Sequence record: PQ384582.1
Length of the DNA stretch: 44,482 nt
Source: Escherichia phage EcoPhCCP1
Strand: one strand, 5' to 3'
Position 1 is the stretch's first letter; every line of letters starts with the position of its first letter. Both the position numbers and the translations under genes were made by a program. The notes under the pieces were generated by a model. The model saw nothing but the letters and a program-made list of their open reading frames with translations. It ran no database searches and had not been told where the DNA came from. Positions 39,882-44,482 of this stretch are shown one piece after another.

Positions 39882-40924
39882 TAATCCCCTTTCAGATAAT
39901 CAGCAACACGTTTATCGAGTTCCGCCATCTGCTTAAGCGTGAGCGGATTCCCGAAACCATCTACAGATATTACGCGAAACTCTTCCGGCGATATACCGCT
40001 GTTACGGAAAATCTTACCGCGAACAGGACCTAGCGCCTGGTCCTGAAACCATGCCGGTTGTTGTTTAAGGAACTCGTAATAGGTGGTGTCTGCGCTTACC
40101 TGAGTACCACCTTCTGCGCCCTTAGCCGCGCGTTTTGCGCCCTTATCCAGGAAATCGAACTCGGAACTGATTACGGGCGCACTGGTGCTTCGACAGCCAA
40201 AATGCGCGGGGGGCATCGGCCCTTTACCGATTTCCCACGTCATTCCATCCCTAGCTCTACAAATTGTGCTGGTACGGCTGTCCAACGTCGATACCCATTC
40301 GTACTTCTCGATGATGTCGTCGTTCTGGCGGTACGTCTCGTTGCGGGCTTCGTTAGATACATGCGACAGCGCAGTGTGGATTACCGTAGCCGCGTTGCGT
40401 TCAGAGATGTCAGCCAGTCCGCCAGCGCCTACGACATTCTTAACAATCTGCCGTGTGGTTTGACCTTGTACGAAACCAATCTTAACGCCTGTTATCAGGC
40501 GCGCGACCTCCGTTTCACCCCAGCCCGACATCAGCTTAGTGAAGTCGACTGGTTTGTCGCTTAATGATAACGGTTGAAACGCGGCAGCAGCCCACACCTG
40601 CTCAGCGGTGGGCGTAACAAATTCCGCGTTAACGTTGGCGTTAAGTGTCTTTACGTTCCACTCCGCCTCGTACGCCGCCAGTTCCTTAAGGTCTTCTGTC
40701 AGCTTTGTCTGCCAGTCGCCTGTAATCCCCGCCAGTGCTTCTCCAAGGTCGCGTAACAGCTTATTCAGACGCGCGGTGCTTCGCCCGTCGTCACCGAATA
40801 ACAGAACCTGCCGTTTGATTTCGTTCCGCATTTCCTGAATGAATGGTGCGAGGTCTTTTACTTCACCGGATGCGGCGCGTTGCAGCCAAATCTGGTGGCT
40901 GATTAGAGATGTCAGTAAGCTCAT
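39881..40924 (-). CDS. head morphogenesis protein (Mu F / SPP1 gp7-like minor head protein)
   Basis: TICRARDGMTW...HFGCRST motif pattern; positioned after the portal gene. Confidence 0.7.
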   Translation of the reverse strand: MSLLTSLISHQIWLQRAASGEVKDLAPFIQEMRNEIKRQVLLFGDDGRSTARLNKLLRDLGEALAGITGDWQTKLTEDLKELAAYEAEWNVKTLNANVNAEFVTPTAEQVWAAAAFQPLSLSDKPVDFTKLMSGWGETEVARLITGVKIGFVQGQTTRQIVKNVVGAGGLADISERNAATVIHTALSHVSNEARNETYRQNDDIIEKYEWVSTLDSRTSTICRARDGMTWEIGKGPMPPAHFGCRSTSAPVISSEFDFLDKGAKRAAKGAEGGTQVSADTTYYEFLKQQPAWFQDQALGPVRGKIFRNSGISPEEFRVISVDGFGNPLTLKQMAELDKRVADYLKGD

Positions 40925-41009
40925 ATACCCTCCTGTTTCGATATGACAATCATATCAGTCGGTAACGTATTGGCATAATCATTCGCATTTAAGGTTAAAA
41001 AGAGCTTGA

Positions 41010-41039
41010 TTAAATTCTACATTTGAATGTAGAATTTAA
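41010..41039. promoter_or_regulatory. 30-bp dyad TTAAATTCTACAT-TTGA-ATGTAGAATTTAA upstream of the KilA-N gene (candidate operator)
   Basis: Read directly: perfect 13-bp arms with a 4-nt centre, 28 bp before ATG 41067. Confidence 0.7.
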
Positions 41040-41066
41040 ACGTACACTTAAACAGGAGAAATACGC

Positions 41067-41720
41067 ATGAAACTGCAAACATTAGAGTTCCCTTATGGAG
41101 AAATCACTTTTGACCGTGAAAACTTTATTAACGTAAACGAGCTGGTTGACCAGATGAACCGTTGGCGTTTAGACAACGGCATGGGGACAAGAGAGCTTCG
41201 CCAGGTCATGGCAACGGATGGCTTCAAGATTTTCAAGGAGGAATGCGAAAAACAACTCGGAATCGAGAATGCCATAAGGGCGACGAAAGGCCGAAACGGT
41301 CGCACCTTTGCATGTCTCCATCTGGCAGTATATATTGCTGAGCAATACAGCGCCTATTTCCATTTCCTCGTTATCGACCGCTTTATCACACAACGGCAGG
41401 TAGAACTACGAAACATTGGCGCGGTGAGCTTTGTCGAGCTTAACGCTGCCGTTAGTCGAATGATTGAGCGCACGGAGGGAAGAATTGGCCACAGTGGACA
41501 CTTCATACAGGTGGCTAAAGCGGTAAAGGAATCCGTAGATATCCGCGACGTAACGGGTTTCGATACATGGGACTCTCAGGATGCGAAGACCAATCAGTTG
41601 CGAAGTGACATCCAGAAAGCTCTGGTGACACTTCTTGACATGGAGGCCGTTAATACATGGGGTGAACTGAAAGAGGCGATACCTCGGGTTGTGCGTAAAT
41701 GTGCGGCTAATATACGTTAA
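41067..41720 (+). CDS. KilA-N domain protein (moron)
   Basis: GRNGRTFACLHLAVYIAEQYSAYFHFLVIDRF resembles the KilA-N/APSES core; opposite strand to the flanking structural genes. Confidence 0.55.
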   Translation: MKLQTLEFPYGEITFDRENFINVNELVDQMNRWRLDNGMGTRELRQVMATDGFKIFKEECEKQLGIENAIRATKGRNGRTFACLHLAVYIAEQYSAYFHFLVIDRFITQRQVELRNIGAVSFVELNAAVSRMIERTEGRIGHSGHFIQVAKAVKESVDIRDVTGFDTWDSQDAKTNQLRSDIQKALVTLLDMEAVNTWGELKEAIPRVVRKCAANIR

Positions 41721-41724
41721 AGCT

Positions 41725-41750
41725 AAGGCCCCTAGCGGGGCCTTTCTATT
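41725..41750. terminator. rho-independent terminator after the KilA-N gene
   Basis: AGGCCCC-TAGC-GGGGCCT followed by TTCTATTT. Confidence 0.65.
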
Positions 41751-43219
41751 TACTCCTGTTGTTGCGCCGACTGCGGAATATCCCCCGCTACCTGAGTATT
41801 TACACCCAACGGCAGCGGTGCGTCCTCAATAGCGTTCTGAATGTCCTCATCGGTCCAGTCGGTTACGCCAGCCTTACGCAGAGCGGCGTAGTAAGCAGTA
41901 GCTGGTAACAAGCCAGCGTTAATATCCGCCATCCACTGAGAACGGTCCTGAGCTGTCATCGGTTGCAGGAAGAACTCCATATTCAGCTTGAACTCAATCT
42001 CTGTGCCTTCACGCAGCCCTAGCATCGCAGCCACCCAGCGCAATGCATCGGTGTACGCCATGCTTACGTTACGTGCGATTGTCGCCATAACAGACGTATC
42101 CGCTCCGCGTTGCAGGCGGGCCGATTCCGCGGTGATTTGCTGCGTCGGGGTGATAAGCTGCGCCCCAATCTGGATGGCCTGATTCTCTTTATCGAGCATG
42201 TTCTGTTTGGCAAGGTTGTTCTCCCCAGCCTGGACCAGAAACGCATTGCCGCCGTAACCGATGTTATGGCCCGAACGCGACCCCATGCGCACGCCGTGTG
42301 GGTTAGCCTCTTTCCACTGTTCCATGCTCATGTTCTCGCCGGGGGCGATAAACAGCGTGGGCTGGCCTACAACGAAGCTCGACTCCTCATTGTCCGCGCT
42401 GTTACGGAAATGCCCGATATTGAGCTCAGCCAACGGCAGCAAAGGGGCATCGTCGATGGTCGCATCGTTGTTGCTCGCCCCGATGAACGTGAACGGGATT
42501 TTACCGCGCAACTGTTCGCCGAGTTCCGGGTATATTTCGATTACTTCATCCTGTTCGCCACCTTCGGCATCGAAGCGATAAATGCGCTGGCGATAACGAC
42601 CGTCAATCAGGTCAAGGACACGGTATTGCTCACCAAACTTGGTTTCGAACTCTGCGCCAGGTTCCGAGTATTCCCATACTTCGCGCAGCACGACCATTGT
42701 CACACGGTTAACCGAACCGATGCGGGTCAGTCGCCAGTTGATAATGTTCTCCGCGGTGTAGAATGCGATGACTGGGTTTAACAACCCCGCGTTCTGTTCT
42801 GCCGCTGTTGCCGCGGCTGTCTCCGGGGCGTCCACCAGCAACCCGCCACGGCCTACCGAGTCAATCTCCATCAAAGTGTCCTGCGCGTGCTGCCACAGCC
42901 CGACACCGGAGCCATCCGCATTGCGTAACAGGTACTCCATTTCAGGCGGGATAATCTGCTCTGGGTCTTTGCGCATCACCGACCCCACCATCCCGGCCAG
43001 GGTACGTTTAGTGAAGTTGTAGCAAATAGCGCCGTTCTCGTATTCTTCCTGACGCTGGGCTGCGTAGACCGGGTCAGGTTCGTTCTTACCGACGTTGCGA
43101 AGATAGCGGATAAGGTCGCCCTCCAGCGCGTGGCGTACCTTCTGCCATTTATCGAAGTGATGCAGCCATTCCCGGTGTTTTGTCTTAACACCCTGATTCT
43201 GACCGTTCATAGTTAGCAT
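41750..43219 (-). CDS. portal protein
   Basis: 489-aa ORF immediately downstream of terL; no motif recognised. Confidence 0.65.
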   Translation of the reverse strand: MLTMNGQNQGVKTKHREWLHHFDKWQKVRHALEGDLIRYLRNVGKNEPDPVYAAQRQEEYENGAICYNFTKRTLAGMVGSVMRKDPEQIIPPEMEYLLRNADGSGVGLWQHAQDTLMEIDSVGRGGLLVDAPETAAATAAEQNAGLLNPVIAFYTAENIINWRLTRIGSVNRVTMVVLREVWEYSEPGAEFETKFGEQYRVLDLIDGRYRQRIYRFDAEGGEQDEVIEIYPELGEQLRGKIPFTFIGASNNDATIDDAPLLPLAELNIGHFRNSADNEESSFVVGQPTLFIAPGENMSMEQWKEANPHGVRMGSRSGHNIGYGGNAFLVQAGENNLAKQNMLDKENQAIQIGAQLITPTQQITAESARLQRGADTSVMATIARNVSMAYTDALRWVAAMLGLREGTEIEFKLNMEFFLQPMTAQDRSQWMADINAGLLPATAYYAALRKAGVTDWTDEDIQNAIEDAPLPLGVNTQVAGDIPQSAQQQE

Positions 43220-43231
43220 TGAATAATCCTC

Positions 43232-44482
43232 TTAAAGTGCGAAAGTCACCGGGATGTTGATTACTGGTTTAACCACTGGCATCTCGTAAACTACAGGATA
43301 GCCGAGAGCATCCGCCATATGGTCGATGATGCCGTCTTTGGATGGCTCCCCGTTATCGTCGTATGCCTGCTGCTCCAGCGTCTTGGCTATCTCAGGACAT
43401 AAGTGGTCGTTGACCCACAGCTTACCTTTTTCCAGCGCGGTATTCACGGCTAAAACACGGTCTTTAACCGGGGGGTTGGCGGATTTAGCGCGAACATCGA
43501 ACCCGGCCTGCTGGAGTAACGCGATATCAGAGATTGACGCCGAGTTGGTTTTGCGGTTCTTACCGCTGGCGTCCGGGTACACGACGATGCGATGGCCTTG
43601 CGACTTCCACTTCTCAGTAATCACTCTCACCGTGTCCGGCGTATCGAACAGGCCTTTCAGTTCGGCAACCGCGTGCCAGCCGTCTTTACGTTGCACATAC
43701 ACGGCGCTGGCGTTCTTCGTAACGTTGAAGTCTTGCCCGATGTACAGTGTATCGCCTGGCTGAATTGTCTCTTTGCTGCGGTGTTTGCGACGGTCATACG
43801 CATAATACACGCTGCCGGATGTCAGGTTAACGAACTCACCGTTCAGATACGCGTTAATCAGTTGCGCGGGGTAAGTCTCGGTCAGCGAGCTGATGTAATC
43901 CGGCGGCAGGAATCTCGCGTTCTCGTGTGTGGAAGCCTGCACCATAGAGTAACTCGGCGTCGGATTCTCTTTGAACTTGGCATAGACGAACTTAAACCCT
44001 TCCGGCGTCGTGGTGACGGAGATGTGGTTAGTTACGCCCGGGATAACCAGACGCATACGGGCTACGATTTTGTTCCACGCCAGCTCAGCTTTCTCGCGGC
44101 TCAATACGTCCAGCTCATCCACGACCGCAGCCGCGATTTTGAAGCCGACTATCGAGCCGGGGTTATCCATCGAGCGGCAGATAACAGTTCCGAGCACCGT
44201 CTTACCGCGGGTAACAACGACTTCTTTGTCGCCTGATTTAACCAGCACATCGAGGCCAAGCAGGTTAGCCGCTTCCTCGAATGTCGGATAGAAGATGTCA
44301 CGGATTGCAGGGTATGTGGGGCCGAAGTATCCAAGGCGTGTGCCGGGGTGCTTGAGCATAAACGTGAGCAGGTCCAGACATCCGACAAACGTCTTGCCGC
44401 TGCCGAATCCCCCGACATAGGCTTTGTATTTGTTATTGCAATTCAGGAACAGTGCCTGTGGTGCGGATAGCTGAATACTCAT
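43232..44482 (-). CDS. terL: terminase large subunit
   Basis: Walker A VGGFGSGKT near the N-terminus; window ends exactly at its ATG. Confidence 0.9.
   Translation of the reverse strand: MSIQLSAPQALFLNCNNKYKAYVGGFGSGKTFVGCLDLLTFMLKHPGTRLGYFGPTYPAIRDIFYPTFEEAANLLGLDVLVKSGDKEVVVTRGKTVLGTVICRSMDNPGSIVGFKIAAAVVDELDVLSREKAELAWNKIVARMRLVIPGVTNHISVTTTPEGFKFVYAKFKENPTPSYSMVQASTHENARFLPPDYISSLTETYPAQLINAYLNGEFVNLTSGSVYYAYDRRKHRSKETIQPGDTLYIGQDFNVTKNASAVYVQRKDGWHAVAELKGLFDTPDTVRVITEKWKSQGHRIVVYPDASGKNRKTNSASISDIALLQQAGFDVRAKSANPPVKDRVLAVNTALEKGKLWVNDHLCPEIAKTLEQQAYDDNGEPSKDGIIDHMADALGYPVVYEMPVVKPVINIPVTFAL

Noticed and set aside
42110-42781. 223-aa plus-strand ORF, plus neighbouring plus-strand ORFs at 41988-43022
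   Set aside because: Antisense to the portal gene; no SD or motif; opposite to the operon direction.
43326-44291. Plus-strand ORFs of 145, 214 and 93 aa
   Set aside because: Antisense to terL, which has a clear Walker A motif; considered spurious.
1-44482. Prophage or temperate-element signature (integrase, attL/attR, tRNA insertion site)
   Set aside because: No integrase or recombinase-like ORF and no flanking host genes; the XRE regulator alone does not establish a temperate lifestyle.

Overview
The window reads as a complete or near-complete ~44.5 kb tailed-phage genome (siphovirus-like gene order), cut arbitrarily at the terL start codon. All product calls rest on motif recognition and gene order read from the translations; no database search was possible. 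Minus strand: terS, an 'early/accessory' block of ~25 tightly coupled small ORFs with a holin/endolysin cassette (0.9-6.8 kb), then wrapping round from terL (44482) through portal, head morphogenesis, Rz/Rz1 spanins, scaffold, capsid, connector and tail genes, tape measure, tail tip and a tail fibre with C-terminal chaperone domain (to 20165). Plus strand: a replication module (7.2-20.1 kb) with primase-helicase, HNH-AP2 endonuclease, Cas4-like nuclease, SSB, family A DNA polymerase, VRR-NUC, C5-cytosine methyltransferase and SNF2 helicase, plus three moron insertions inside the structural block. Most notable: (1) an exact 77-bp tandem duplication that frameshifts the terS 3' end; (2) a C5-methyltransferase whose conserved motifs are split across two reading frames; (3) two paralogous ~140-bp non-coding elements, each with a conserved promoter-like module, hairpin and short uORF followed by a terminator; (4) a recurring promoter family and dyad; (5) a plus-strand island inside the tail genes encoding an Imm-like membrane protein, an HTH-metallophosphoesterase, a HAD phosphatase and a dNMP-kinase-like protein. 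No tRNA, CRISPR array or integrase was seen.
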